From: Candidatus Aenigmatarchaeota archaeon
Lineage (GTDB): Archaea > Aenigmatarchaeota > Aenigmatarchaeia > Aenigmatarchaeales > DAIDAN01
Direction of reading: 5' to 3'
Length of the DNA: 43,399 nt
NCBI GenBank assembly: GCA_036171435.1
Contig: JAVHRC010000073.1
Coordinates: 1-43,399 of the forward strand
Shown piece after piece: positions 17,368-26,767 of this stretch; positions within the stretch are counted from its first letter, which is position 1; each line of letters opens with the position of its first letter. Position numbers and translations under genes: made by a program. The notes beneath the pieces were generated by a model. The model was not told the origin of the DNA, ran no database searches, and saw nothing but the letters and a program-made list of their open reading frames with translations.

Positions 17368-19044
17368 ATGATAATCATGGCAAAGGAAAAAGCCGAAACA
17401 ATAAAGACTGCGGAGGAAATGGCTGGCGAGCAGAGGGAGATATCCGTGGCGGAATTTTTCGAGAAGAACCGCCACCTGCTCGGCTTTGACAATCCCGCGA
17501 AAGCGCTGCTTACCGTTGTCCGCGAAGCCGTTGACAACTCGCTTGATGCAGCGGAAGAGGCAAGAATATTGCCGGAAATTGAAGTAAAGATAAAACAGCT
17601 CTCGGATGACAGGTTTTTTGTGGCAGTGCAGGACAACGGCCCCGGCATAGTGAAGGAACAGATACCGAGAATATTCGGGAAACTTTTGTACGGAAGCAAG
17701 TTCGGAAAAGGAAAACAAAGCCGCGGCCAGCAGGGAATCGGAATAAGCTCGGCTGTTCTTTATTCCCAATTGACAAGCGGAAAGCCCGCGATAATTTATT
17801 CCCGCACTTCGGAGAAGAAGCCTGTAAATTTTTTCCATCTCAGGATTGACACAGTAAAAAACGAGCCGCAAATAGTGAAGGAGGGAACGGAGCAGGACAA
17901 AATAAAGGAGCACGGCATAAGGATTGAAATGGAACTGGAGGGAAAATACATACAGAGACAGCAGTCCGTGGAAGAATATTTGAAACAGACATCAATCGTG
18001 AATCCTTTTGCAACTATAATTTATTCCGGCCCCGAGGGAATAAAACTGAAATTCACAAGGGTAACGGACAAGCTGCCTGTGCAGCCGGTAGGAATAAAGC
18101 CCCATCCTCACGGGGTTGAAATCGGAGTGCTGGAAAGAATGCTGAAACTTACAAGCTCAAGAAACCTTTCCAGTTTTTTGCAGAATGAATTTTGCCGTGT
18201 CGGTTCCGGCACAGCGCAGGAGATTTGCAAAAACGGTGGAATTGACTCGGACTTGAAACCGAAGGAAATGCAGCAGGAACAGATAGAAAAATTATGGAAG
18301 GGAATACAGGCAACTCAAATAATGAAGCCGCCCCTCGATTGTTTGTCGCCGATAACCGCGCCGCTTTTGGAAAGCAGTTTGAAAAAGGAGTTCAAGCTTG
18401 AATTTGTGGCAAGCATTACAAGGCCTGCAACCGTGTATCGCGGCAACCCGTTCCAGATAGAATGCTGCATTGGCTACGGCGGCGATCTGAAATCTGACGC
18501 GCCCGCGAAAATAATGAGATTCGCAAACCGCGTCCCGCTAATGTATCAAGCCTCGGCGTGCGCAATGACAAAAGCGCTTGCAAAGGTGGATTGGCGGCAT
18601 TACAAGATAGACCAGCAGGGAGGAATGCCTCAGGGTCCGATAGTTGTCCTTGTCCATATCTGCTCCGCTTGGGTGCCTTACACTTCGGAAGGAAAGGAAG
18701 CTATAGCAAGCTATCCCGACATAATAAAAGAAGTGAAGCTTGCGGTGCAGGATTGCGCGCGCAAACTGGGATATTATCTTTCCGGAAGGAGAAGGCTGCT
18801 TGAGCAGAAGGAAAGGCAAAACCTGTTCGAGAAATACATTCCGGAAGCAGCTGTCACGCTTTCATACTTGTCGGGCACGCCAAAGGAAAAAATAATAAAA
18901 GGCTTGGAGGCGATGCTAAAGAAGGTTGACGTGATAGCGACAGACAGCTTTGGAAATGATGCAACAAAAGAAGAGAATAAAAATGAAATAGAAACTGGCG
19001 GCAAAAAGAAAGAGAAGGCTGAAGAAAAAAGCGAAGATGAATAA
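17368..19044 (+). CDS. top6B: DNA topoisomerase VI subunit B
   Basis: GHKL ATPase motifs (VREAVDNSLDA, DNGPGI, GQQGIGIS) and a transducer domain. It lies immediately upstream of top6A. Confidence 0.95.
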   Translation: MIIMAKEKAETIKTAEEMAGEQREISVAEFFEKNRHLLGFDNPAKALLTVVREAVDNSLDAAEEARILPEIEVKIKQLSDDRFFVAVQDNGPGIVKEQIPRIFGKLLYGSKFGKGKQSRGQQGIGISSAVLYSQLTSGKPAIIYSRTSEKKPVNFFHLRIDTVKNEPQIVKEGTEQDKIKEHGIRIEMELEGKYIQRQQSVEEYLKQTSIVNPFATIIYSGPEGIKLKFTRVTDKLPVQPVGIKPHPHGVEIGVLERMLKLTSSRNLSSFLQNEFCRVGSGTAQEICKNGGIDSDLKPKEMQQEQIEKLWKGIQATQIMKPPLDCLSPITAPLLESSLKKEFKLEFVASITRPATVYRGNPFQIECCIGYGGDLKSDAPAKIMRFANRVPLMYQASACAMTKALAKVDWRHYKIDQQGGMPQGPIVVLVHICSAWVPYTSEGKEAIASYPDIIKEVKLAVQDCARKLGYYLSGRRRLLEQKERQNLFEKYIPEAAVTLSYLSGTPKEKIIKGLEAMLKKVDVIATDSFGNDATKEENKNEIETGGKKKEKAEEKSEDE

Positions 19045-19082
19045 ACCGAATAGTGTTTTGATTCAATCAATATCGTAATAAT

Positions 19083-20183
19083 GTGATAATTATGACAGAA
19101 GAAAGAAATATCGAGCCGAAGAAAAAGCTTGAAGGCTTGGGAAAGAAACTCGTGAAGGATATTGATGAAAAGAAAAACCCGTCCATGGAAATTCCCGTGC
19201 GCTCGCTTTCCAACGTCTCGTTCGACCAGAAGACGAAAATGCTCGCACTTGGCGCCGCAACTTCGAACAGATATTTTTTCAACGTCTCCCACATAAGGAA
19301 ATTCGTGCAGACAATAGAAGTCGCCGGCACGGCAAAGGAGCTGATGGAATCAAACAAGCACATATCGCTGCGACAGGCTTTCTACAAGATGAAAAGGACA
19401 ATACCAAATACAACCATAGATATTGTTGAAGAACAGTCCGAGTCGGACAGCGCGCTTGAGGATTTGGAATTGATAACAGGATGTTCAAGGGAGCAGATGC
19501 ACATCAACGCGAAAAAGGCGGGCTCGATAGCCGGAAATGTCATAATAGAGGATTCCGGCGATGTGATAGACTGGTCAAAAATGGGAAGCGGGGGCTGGTC
19601 AATCCCGAGCAACGTGGAGGAAATAAAATTCAAGAAGGTTGACGCGAAGTTCATAATCTACATGGAAAAGGACACAATGTGGACGAGAATAAACGAGGAC
19701 AAGTACTGGAAAAAGGCGAACTGCATTATTGTCGCCTCGCAGGGGCAGTCAACCCGCGGCATAAGAAGGCTTTTACAGAGGCTTCATCTTGAATATGGGT
19801 TGCCGATTTATGTGCTTGTTGACGCAGACCCCTGGGGAGCTTACATTTATTCAGTGTTGAAATTCGGCTCCATCAGCCTTGCGCACACATCCGAGACAAT
19901 GGCAATACCAGGCGCGAGATTTCTTGGCTTGAGCGCGGAGGATATAGAAAAATATGATTTGAAAAGGCACATCATAAAATTCAAGGACGTTGACAAGGCA
20001 AGGATAAAGCAGATACGCAACTATGACTGGTTCAAGAACAACAAGGACTGGCAGAAACAGTTCGATTTGTGGGAGAAATTCGGGGGCAAGGTTGAGTTGG
20101 ACGCTTTGGTTGCGAAAGGTGTGTCGTTTATCTCAGAAACGTATCTGCCCGAGAAGCTGAAGAACAAGGAATGGCTGGAGTGA
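19083..20183 (+). CDS. top6A: DNA topoisomerase VI subunit A (Spo11 family)
   Basis: A 5Y-CAP region (ISLRQAFYKMK) and Toprim motifs (FIIYMEKDTMW, VLVDADPWGAYIY). Confidence 0.95.
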   Translation: MIIMTEERNIEPKKKLEGLGKKLVKDIDEKKNPSMEIPVRSLSNVSFDQKTKMLALGAATSNRYFFNVSHIRKFVQTIEVAGTAKELMESNKHISLRQAFYKMKRTIPNTTIDIVEEQSESDSALEDLELITGCSREQMHINAKKAGSIAGNVIIEDSGDVIDWSKMGSGGWSIPSNVEEIKFKKVDAKFIIYMEKDTMWTRINEDKYWKKANCIIVASQGQSTRGIRRLLQRLHLEYGLPIYVLVDADPWGAYIYSVLKFGSISLAHTSETMAIPGARFLGLSAEDIEKYDLKRHIIKFKDVDKARIKQIRNYDWFKNNKDWQKQFDLWEKFGGKVELDALVAKGVSFISETYLPEKLKNKEWLE

Positions 20184-20286
20184 GAATGGATTAACCAGCA
20201 TATTTATAAATTCGCGTTTTCAGTATATTTGATATAAACTGCACACAAGCAACAAAAATATGCCCTTGTTAAAGTCTTATGCGGTG

Positions 20287-20436
20287 TCAAAAATGATTTA
20301 TTAAGCTCATTCTGTGAAAATTAGGGTTTTCGCTCGAGTAGAATTCTTTTCCGCAGTCGTTGCATACGAACAATCCTTGTATAGAAGATGCTATAGACTG
20401 TGTATTTACGCTTGAGCAGAATCTGCATCGTGCCAT
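20287..20436 (-). CDS. Possible 49-aa zinc-ribbon protein
   Basis: Hand translation gives MARCRFCSSVNTQSIASSIQGLFVCNDCGKEFYSSENPNFHRMSLINHF (CxxC-x18-CxxC). It is below the ORF-track cutoff and sits in an otherwise unassigned gap. Confidence 0.35.
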   Translation of the reverse strand: MARCRFCSSVNTQSIASSIQGLFVCNDCGKEFYSSENPNFHRMSLINHF

Positions 20437-20475
20437 ATCTTTATTTTAGCAAAAACATAGATTTTAAGGCAATGG

Positions 20476-21465
20476 GTGGTTGTTACGGCAATAATCGAAG
20501 TTGAAAATCTCGTAAAACAGTTCAAAATTTCTGAAAAGAAAGAAGGTTTGAAAGGGGCGCTGGCAAGCTTGGTAAGAAGGAAACAGAAGATTGTGAAAGC
20601 CGTGGATGGGATAAGCTTCAGGATTGAAAAAGGCGAGATGGTAGGATTTATCGGCCCGAACGGAGCGGGAAAATCAACAACAATAAAGATGCTCACGGGA
20701 ATTCTTTTTCCATCCGGCGGAAAGATAAAGGTTCTTGATTACGTGCCGTTTGAGCAACGCGAAAAGTATACAAAACATATCGGCGTTGTCTTTGGCCAGC
20801 GCACGCAACTCTGGTGGGACTTGCCAGTTGTAGAATCATTCAATCTACTGAAGCATATTTATGAAATTCCTGAAAATGTTTTCAAAAAGAACATGAAAAG
20901 ATTTGCGGATGTCTTGGGAATAAACGAACTTCTGAATATACCCGTAAGAAAGCTCTCCCTCGGGCAGAGAATGCGCTGCGACTTGGCCGCCTCGCTTTTG
21001 CATAATCCGCAGATTGTTTTTCTTGACGAGCCAACCATCGGCTTGGATTTGATAGCAAAGGAAAAGATAAGGGAATTCATAAAAGAGAAAAATCGCGAAG
21101 ACGGGACAACTTTTATCCTCACCACGCATGACATGGCTGATATTGAGGAAATCTGCAAAAGAGCGATAATCATTGACAAGGGAAAAATAATCTATGACGG
21201 CACCATTGAGAGTATTAAAAAGCTGGCTGGAGAAAAAAGGATTGAAATAGAATTTGAAAATCCGCCGAAAAATTTCAAAATTAAAGGGGCGAGAGTTATG
21301 GAAAAGGACAATTGCAGGTTTGTTCTCGGTGTGAGAAAGAAGCACAAAATCTCGGATGTTGTCAGCAAGATTCTTTCGCGCTATGAAGTCGTTGACATCA
21401 CGATTGAGGAGCCGAAGATAGAGGAGATAATAAAAAAGATTTACAGGAAGAATCGGAAGAAATGA
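20476..21465 (+). CDS. ABC transporter ATP-binding protein
   Basis: Walker A GPNGAGKST, Q-loop FGQRTQLWW, signature LSLGQRMR and Walker B IVFLDEPT. GTG start. Confidence 0.9.
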   Translation: MVVTAIIEVENLVKQFKISEKKEGLKGALASLVRRKQKIVKAVDGISFRIEKGEMVGFIGPNGAGKSTTIKMLTGILFPSGGKIKVLDYVPFEQREKYTKHIGVVFGQRTQLWWDLPVVESFNLLKHIYEIPENVFKKNMKRFADVLGINELLNIPVRKLSLGQRMRCDLAASLLHNPQIVFLDEPTIGLDLIAKEKIREFIKEKNREDGTTFILTTHDMADIEEICKRAIIIDKGKIIYDGTIESIKKLAGEKRIEIEFENPPKNFKIKGARVMEKDNCRFVLGVRKKHKISDVVSKILSRYEVVDITIEEPKIEEIIKKIYRKNRKK

Positions 21466-21484
21466 AATCAAGCAATGTGATATT

Positions 21485-22279
21485 ATGCGGAAATATCTGG
21501 AACTTCTGCTGACGAGCTTCAAAAGAAGTTTGATGTTTAAATTTGAACTCATTATTACTGTAATTACGCCTTTCATATTCATGTTTGTCTACTTTTCTGT
21601 ATGGAACTCAATATACACTTATAATAATCTTACAGAAGTTGGCGGATTAACGCTTCTGCAGATGATAGCATATATGAGCATAAGCATGAGTATTTCATTT
21701 GCTATCATATCAGGAGCAGATGGCTATCTTTCATATGAAATCAGGGAAGGCAAGTTCTCATCAACAATGGCAAAACCAATGGGAATTCAGAAATATGTTT
21801 TTCTCAGGAACAGCGGAGAAATTCTATTCAGATTTCTTTCTGTAAGCTTGCCTGCCATTGCAGGCGCGTTTTTAATTTTTCATGTTCCCATTCCAGAAAC
21901 AGGAACATTCCTTCTTTTTTTGGTTAGCATAATGTTTTCTTACATTCTGTCATTTTCCATAGCGTTCATTGTAGGGCTTTTTGCTTTTCATACGGAATTT
22001 TCAAGAGGCATAATAAGATTCAAGGAGATTCTGGAAGTTTTCTTTTCAGGAATGTTCCTCCCTATTTATCTTTTTCCGGAGCCCCTAAAATCCGTAGCGT
22101 TTATTCTGCCGTTCCAAGCTGTAGTCAATACTCCAATTTCAATATTCATAGGAAAAATCAGCGGAGCAGAAACAGTATTCTCAATAATTGAACAAATAAT
22201 CTGGATTATTGTTTTGGTTGTAGTTGGAAAGATTTTCTTGAATTACTCGCTAAAAAAATACAATGCGCAGGGTGGGTAG
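21485..22279 (+). CDS. ABC-2-type transporter permease
   Basis: 264-aa polytopic membrane protein directly downstream of the ATPase. The ATPase plus two unrelated permeases arrangement is typical of an uncharacterised ABC-2 system. Confidence 0.7.
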   Translation: MRKYLELLLTSFKRSLMFKFELIITVITPFIFMFVYFSVWNSIYTYNNLTEVGGLTLLQMIAYMSISMSISFAIISGADGYLSYEIREGKFSSTMAKPMGIQKYVFLRNSGEILFRFLSVSLPAIAGAFLIFHVPIPETGTFLLFLVSIMFSYILSFSIAFIVGLFAFHTEFSRGIIRFKEILEVFFSGMFLPIYLFPEPLKSVAFILPFQAVVNTPISIFIGKISGAETVFSIIEQIIWIIVLVVVGKIFLNYSLKKYNAQGG

Positions 22280-23063
22280 AATGAATGGTTTAAGATTATA
22301 TCTTGAAATGATGAAAGTGCAGCTTCAGTCCGTCATGGAGTATAAGACAGACTTTATTATAAACATGCTGTCGGAAATTATAAGCAATGGCTTATGGATA
22401 TCTTTTATCTGGATTATGTTTTTGAACATACCTTCTATAAACGGCTGGTCTTTGCAACAGATTTTATTTATTGTCGGCTTATCATATTTTTCTTGGGGCA
22501 TAGTCTTATTAATCTTTCCTATTTTTGAATTGGAAGAATATATTTTGGAAGGCACTCTTGATAGGTTTATGACAAAACCGATAAATATAATGATTCAGTT
22601 CATGACGTCAAGAGTAAACTTTACCCAAGCAGGGAATATAATTACGGGGTTCGCCTTGATTTTGATTACTTCCAGCATGCTTGGAATACACTGGAACATC
22701 TTTAACACTTCATTATTTGTGGCTCTTATTGCAAGCGGCACAGTTATAATATTTTCCTTGCTCCTAATACCTGCATCTATTGGTTTTTGGACAACAAAAT
22801 CAAATGCCTTAATAAGCATAGTCTCCAAATTTTCCAGCATTTCAGAATATCCTCTTGAGATATACAATCTTGCAACCGTGTTTTTCATCTCGTTCGTGAT
22901 GCCTTTCGCCTTCGTGAACTATTATCCGGCGCAGCTTTTCATAGGCAAGGGAATAGCGCCGAGTTTTGCATATCTCACGCCGGTTGTTGCGATAATAACT
23001 TTCGCTGTTGCTTACAGCATTTGGAAGCTCGGTTTGAAGAACTACCAGTCAACTGGAAGCTGA
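22263..23063 (+). CDS. ABC-2-type transporter permease (second component)
   Basis: 266-aa polytopic membrane protein that overlaps the previous permease gene by 17 nt. Confidence 0.7.
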   Translation: MRRVGRMNGLRLYLEMMKVQLQSVMEYKTDFIINMLSEIISNGLWISFIWIMFLNIPSINGWSLQQILFIVGLSYFSWGIVLLIFPIFELEEYILEGTLDRFMTKPINIMIQFMTSRVNFTQAGNIITGFALILITSSMLGIHWNIFNTSLFVALIASGTVIIFSLLLIPASIGFWTTKSNALISIVSKFSSISEYPLEIYNLATVFFISFVMPFAFVNYYPAQLFIGKGIAPSFAYLTPVVAIITFAVAYSIWKLGLKNYQSTGS

Positions 23064-23081
23064 CAAAAGTAAGAATATAAA

Positions 23082-23297
23082 TCAATAGCTCCTGTTCGGA
23101 TGCCAGATGAATTCTTCCGGATAGCCTTCCTCCATCACTTCAAATTCCTCGCCGCAATCCTCGCATTCCGCGGAATCATTCATCAAGCCAACTCGCATTT
23201 CAGAATCGCATTTTGGACATAGAACAAGCCTTGTTTTTCTCGCTTCCTCGCTTACCTTCAAAGAAGAATCAGAAAGAATCATACAAAATATTATCAT
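23082..23297 (-). CDS. Small zinc-ribbon protein, hypothetical
   Basis: CPKCDSEM...CEDCGEEF (CxxC-x14-CxxC) with an acidic C-terminus. Confidence 0.45.
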   Translation of the reverse strand: MIIFCMILSDSSLKVSEEARKTRLVLCPKCDSEMRVGLMNDSAECEDCGEEFEVMEEGYPEEFIWHPNRSY

Positions 23298-23433
23298 ATC
23301 AAGTATTTAATGCTATTCGCGTTCGGCAATCGCACAATATTTGTGTTATGTGTTTAATTATATTTCTTAAATTATTTCCGCTCGCGCGATTCGCAGACAT
23401 TTTTGCACATGTTAGATTTTTCTTCCGGCCGTA

Positions 23434-24669
23434 ATGCGGCGAAACCATTATAAAACAGCCTTCCAATCTAAAAGTATGGCGCGCAAAATTTCAAGATTCA
23501 TTTCCGAGAGGGAAAGCGAACTGCCCGGAGCTATGATTGTCAAGCTTTTGAAGATTGCGGAGGAGGCAAAAGACATTATCTCGCTTGGTCCCGGCGAGCC
23601 TGACTTCGTTCCCGACAAATCAATAACGGATTTCGCAGCGCAGAAGCTGAAGGAAGGCTTCACTCATTATTCGCCTGCACAGGGAAGGCTTGACTTGCGC
23701 GAAGCTCTCGCAAAAAAACTGAAAAAGGAAAACAAAATAAATGTTGAGTCAAGCCAGATTGCAGTCACGTGCGGAAGTCAGGAGGCGATTTTTCTCGCGC
23801 TCGCATCATTGGTTGATCCTGGAGAAAGCGTTCTTGTTCCTGACCCTGGATTTCTCGCATACAGGCCTTGCGTGGAGCTTTTGAACGGGAGCGCAGAATC
23901 CATCGAGTTAAGGGAGGAAGACGGGTTCCAGATAACTGGCGATGCAATAAGAAAAGCAATCACAAACAAAAACAGGACAAAAGTTCTGGTAATAAATTCT
24001 CCTGGAAACCCGACGGGAACGGTTTTCAGCAGAAAAACTTTTGAGGAGATTGCCGACATTGCAATCGAATATGACTTGACTGTTCTTTCGGATGAGGCTT
24101 ATGAAAAATTTGTTTACAAAGGGAAACACATTTCTTTCGCAAGCCTGAGCGGAATGGAAGAGCGCACGATAAGTTTTCACAGCTTTTCAAAATCATACGG
24201 AATGCCGGGTTTCCGCGTAGGCTATGCTTCCGGCCCGAGGGAGCTGATAGAAGCGATAACAAAAATCCATCCCTACACAACGCTTTGCTCGCCAACTGTT
24301 TCACAGGAAGCAGCGCTCGCAGCGCTGAACGGCCCGCAAAAATGGGTTGACAAGATTGTTGGGGACTATGACAGGAGAAAAAAGTTTATCGTGAAGCGCC
24401 TGAATGAAATCCGCGGGTTCCATTGCTTTGAGCCTGACGGCGCTTTCTACGCTTTCCCGAGAATCGATTTCAAATTGTCCGGAAAGAAAATGGAATCCCT
24501 CCAGTTCTGCGAATGGCTTCTGAAGGAGGCGAAAGTGGCATGCGTTCCGGGAACCGAGTTCGGAAAATTCGGGGAAGGATTTGTCCGGTTCAGCTATGCA
24601 ACAGCATTTGACAAAATTGAAGAAGCGATGGAAAGGGTTGAGAAAGCGGTGAAGAGGCTGAAAGTTTGA
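23434..24669 (+). CDS. PLP-dependent aminotransferase, class I/II (aspartate/aromatic aminotransferase-like)
   Basis: The PLP-lysine motif SFSKSYGMPGFRVGY, plus NPGNPTG and a LGPGEPDF N-terminal block. The true start may be the ATG at 23476 (MARKIS...). Confidence 0.9.
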   Translation: MRRNHYKTAFQSKSMARKISRFISERESELPGAMIVKLLKIAEEAKDIISLGPGEPDFVPDKSITDFAAQKLKEGFTHYSPAQGRLDLREALAKKLKKENKINVESSQIAVTCGSQEAIFLALASLVDPGESVLVPDPGFLAYRPCVELLNGSAESIELREEDGFQITGDAIRKAITNKNRTKVLVINSPGNPTGTVFSRKTFEEIADIAIEYDLTVLSDEAYEKFVYKGKHISFASLSGMEERTISFHSFSKSYGMPGFRVGYASGPRELIEAITKIHPYTTLCSPTVSQEAALAALNGPQKWVDKIVGDYDRRKKFIVKRLNEIRGFHCFEPDGAFYAFPRIDFKLSGKKMESLQFCEWLLKEAKVACVPGTEFGKFGEGFVRFSYATAFDKIEEAMERVEKAVKRLKV

Positions 24670-24780
24670 ACAAGCTGGCACTGCTTCCCAAAATCTCTGA
24701 AAATTAATATTGTTTTCTGAAAGCTTATATGCCCGTTTTCCCAATTATGGAAAAGCGAGCTGTTTTCTAAAGGTGATACT

Positions 24781-26214
24781 ATGCCAGCATTAGACGTATT
24801 GTTCAAGCCCAAAAGCGTTGCTGTTATCGGCGCCAGCAGGACTCCCGGAAAAATAGGCTATGCCATTCTTGACAGCATTAAAAGAAGCTTTTCAGGCAAA
24901 ATATATCCCATAAATCCTGAAGCCGCTGAAATAATGGGTTTAACTGTTTATCCTTCCGTATTAAATGTTGAAGAACCTGTTGACTTGGCTGTAATAGCAA
25001 TCAAGGCTGAAAAGGTAAAAGACATCATTCTAGAGTGCAAAAAGAAGAAGATAAAGGCTGCAATAATAATAACAAGCGGTTTCAGCGAGATAGGAAACAA
25101 GGAAGGCGAATTAGAGCTTAAAAAAGCCGGAAAAGATATCAGGATTCTCGGACCTAACTGCGTAGGCGTTTTCGCGCCAAAAGAAATGGATACTCTTTTC
25201 ATGCCTCATGAGAGGCTAAAAAGGCCGGAAGTGGGGGGAATAGGATTTATAAGCCAGTCGGGAGCTTTCGGCACAGCTCTAATAGACTTGGCAGCAAGCG
25301 AGGGTGCGGGAATAAGCAAATTCATTTCCGTTGGCAACCAGATAGACATCAACGAGACAGATATGATTGAATACTTGGGAAAAGACCCAAGCACAAGAGC
25401 CATAGCGGTTTATCTTGAATCAATAACAGATGGAAAGGCTTTTGTCAGCGCTGCAAAAAAGGCTTCAAAAATAAAACCGATTATAGTACTGAAAGCAGGC
25501 AAGACAAAAGCTGGAGCGGAGGCTGCAGCATCGCACACGGGAAGCCTTGCAGGCGAGGCGCAGGTTTATTCGGCGGCTTTCGACCAGGCCGGAATAATAG
25601 AAGCCATGACAACGGAAGAGGTTTTTGATTATTCAAAAGTCCTGGCAAGCCAGCCGCCGCTGAAGGACGGAAGAATTGTAATAGTGACGGATGGAGGGGG
25701 TTTCGGAATATTGGCTGCGGATGCCGCCGAATCATGCGGACTTGAGCTTGTAAAACTTGATGAAAAATCCCTTTCCGGATTAAGTCAATTCCTTCCTTCT
25801 TATGCATCGTTGAAAAATCCCATAGACTTGACAGGGGACTCGACATCGGAAAGGTACCAGAAAGCATTGGAAATTGTTTTCAAGGACAAGAATGTTTCCG
25901 GGGTTGTTGTGATAGCGCTGCTCCAGATAGCGACGCTTGACGAAAAGATAATTGACGTTCTCAGGGATTGCAAGCTTTATGGAAAGTCTTTTGTAGTATG
26001 CGCAACCGGCGGCGAGTACACGCAAAAAAGAGCATCCAAACTTGAATCGCTTGGAATTCCTGTTTACCCGACGCCCGAGCGCGCAGTGAAAGCGATGTGC
26101 GCGCTGCGTGATTATGGGAAGATAGTTGAAGCCGGAAAGCCCGCACCAAAACCGGAAGAGAAAAAGCTGGAAAAAAAGAAAACCGCAAAGCATTCAAAGA
26201 AAAAGAAGAGATAA
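24781..26214 (+). CDS. ADP-forming acyl/acetyl-CoA synthetase, alpha subunit (CoA-binding plus CoA-ligase domains) with a Lys-rich tail
   Basis: KSVAVIGASRTPGKIGY (CoA-binding Rossmann fold) and the phosphohistidine loop ASHTGSLAG. GGTGA lies 6 nt upstream. The C-terminus is KPAPKPEEKKLEKKKTAKHSKKKKR. Confidence 0.85.
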   Translation: MPALDVLFKPKSVAVIGASRTPGKIGYAILDSIKRSFSGKIYPINPEAAEIMGLTVYPSVLNVEEPVDLAVIAIKAEKVKDIILECKKKKIKAAIIITSGFSEIGNKEGELELKKAGKDIRILGPNCVGVFAPKEMDTLFMPHERLKRPEVGGIGFISQSGAFGTALIDLAASEGAGISKFISVGNQIDINETDMIEYLGKDPSTRAIAVYLESITDGKAFVSAAKKASKIKPIIVLKAGKTKAGAEAAASHTGSLAGEAQVYSAAFDQAGIIEAMTTEEVFDYSKVLASQPPLKDGRIVIVTDGGGFGILAADAAESCGLELVKLDEKSLSGLSQFLPSYASLKNPIDLTGDSTSERYQKALEIVFKDKNVSGVVVIALLQIATLDEKIIDVLRDCKLYGKSFVVCATGGEYTQKRASKLESLGIPVYPTPERAVKAMCALRDYGKIVEAGKPAPKPEEKKLEKKKTAKHSKKKKR

Positions 26215-26216
26215 AG

Positions 26217-26564
26217 ATGAAAAAAGATTACAAAGGCACAATAATTGAAGAGAGTTTGGAGGATAACAGAATCTTGAATGAATTGAAAATTGTTGGCTTC
26301 AGAATAACTGAAGAAGAAAATCATGATGAAAGATGGCATATCTACAAAATCAGAGTTTCTAGGGATGAAATACAAAAATTATCCAGAATAATTAAGCCTT
26401 CAAAATGGTATATGCATTTTTGGAAAAGCAGAAATGTTATTGCTGTCTTTAAAAATAAGATATTTGAATTTAACTTTGATGACAAGGCAACATGGAAACC
26501 TGCTGTAGAGTATGGATTATCTGTAGGCATACCGAAAGAGCAGCTGGATTTTCTTATCGATTAA
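26217..26564 (+). CDS. Hypothetical protein
   Basis: 115-aa ORF starting 3 nt after the upstream stop. No family was recognised. Confidence 0.45.
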   Translation: MKKDYKGTIIEESLEDNRILNELKIVGFRITEEENHDERWHIYKIRVSRDEIQKLSRIIKPSKWYMHFWKSRNVIAVFKNKIFEFNFDDKATWKPAVEYGLSVGIPKEQLDFLID

Positions 26565-26767
26565 GATTTTTTAAACGTTTAAATACCTTACCTGCCAATA
26601 TATTTTATTACAATTACAGAAGCAATACAGCAGGAATCAGATTACCTTTTTCTCCCGAGGTAACTTTTCAGTTAGACTTGTTAATGTAAGATTTAGTAAA
26701 AATCATAATAAAAGACGGTTTGAATTTTTAAAATAGAAGTTTGAACCATAATTCGAGGTGAATTAGA

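Noticed and set aside
17254-17913. 219-aa reverse-strand ORF
   Set aside because: It is antisense to the GHKL domain of top6B, with a Leu/Arg/Phe-rich translation and no motifs.
20845-21582. 245-aa reverse-strand ORF
   Set aside because: It is antisense to the ABC ATPase, whose Walker and signature motifs are unambiguous.
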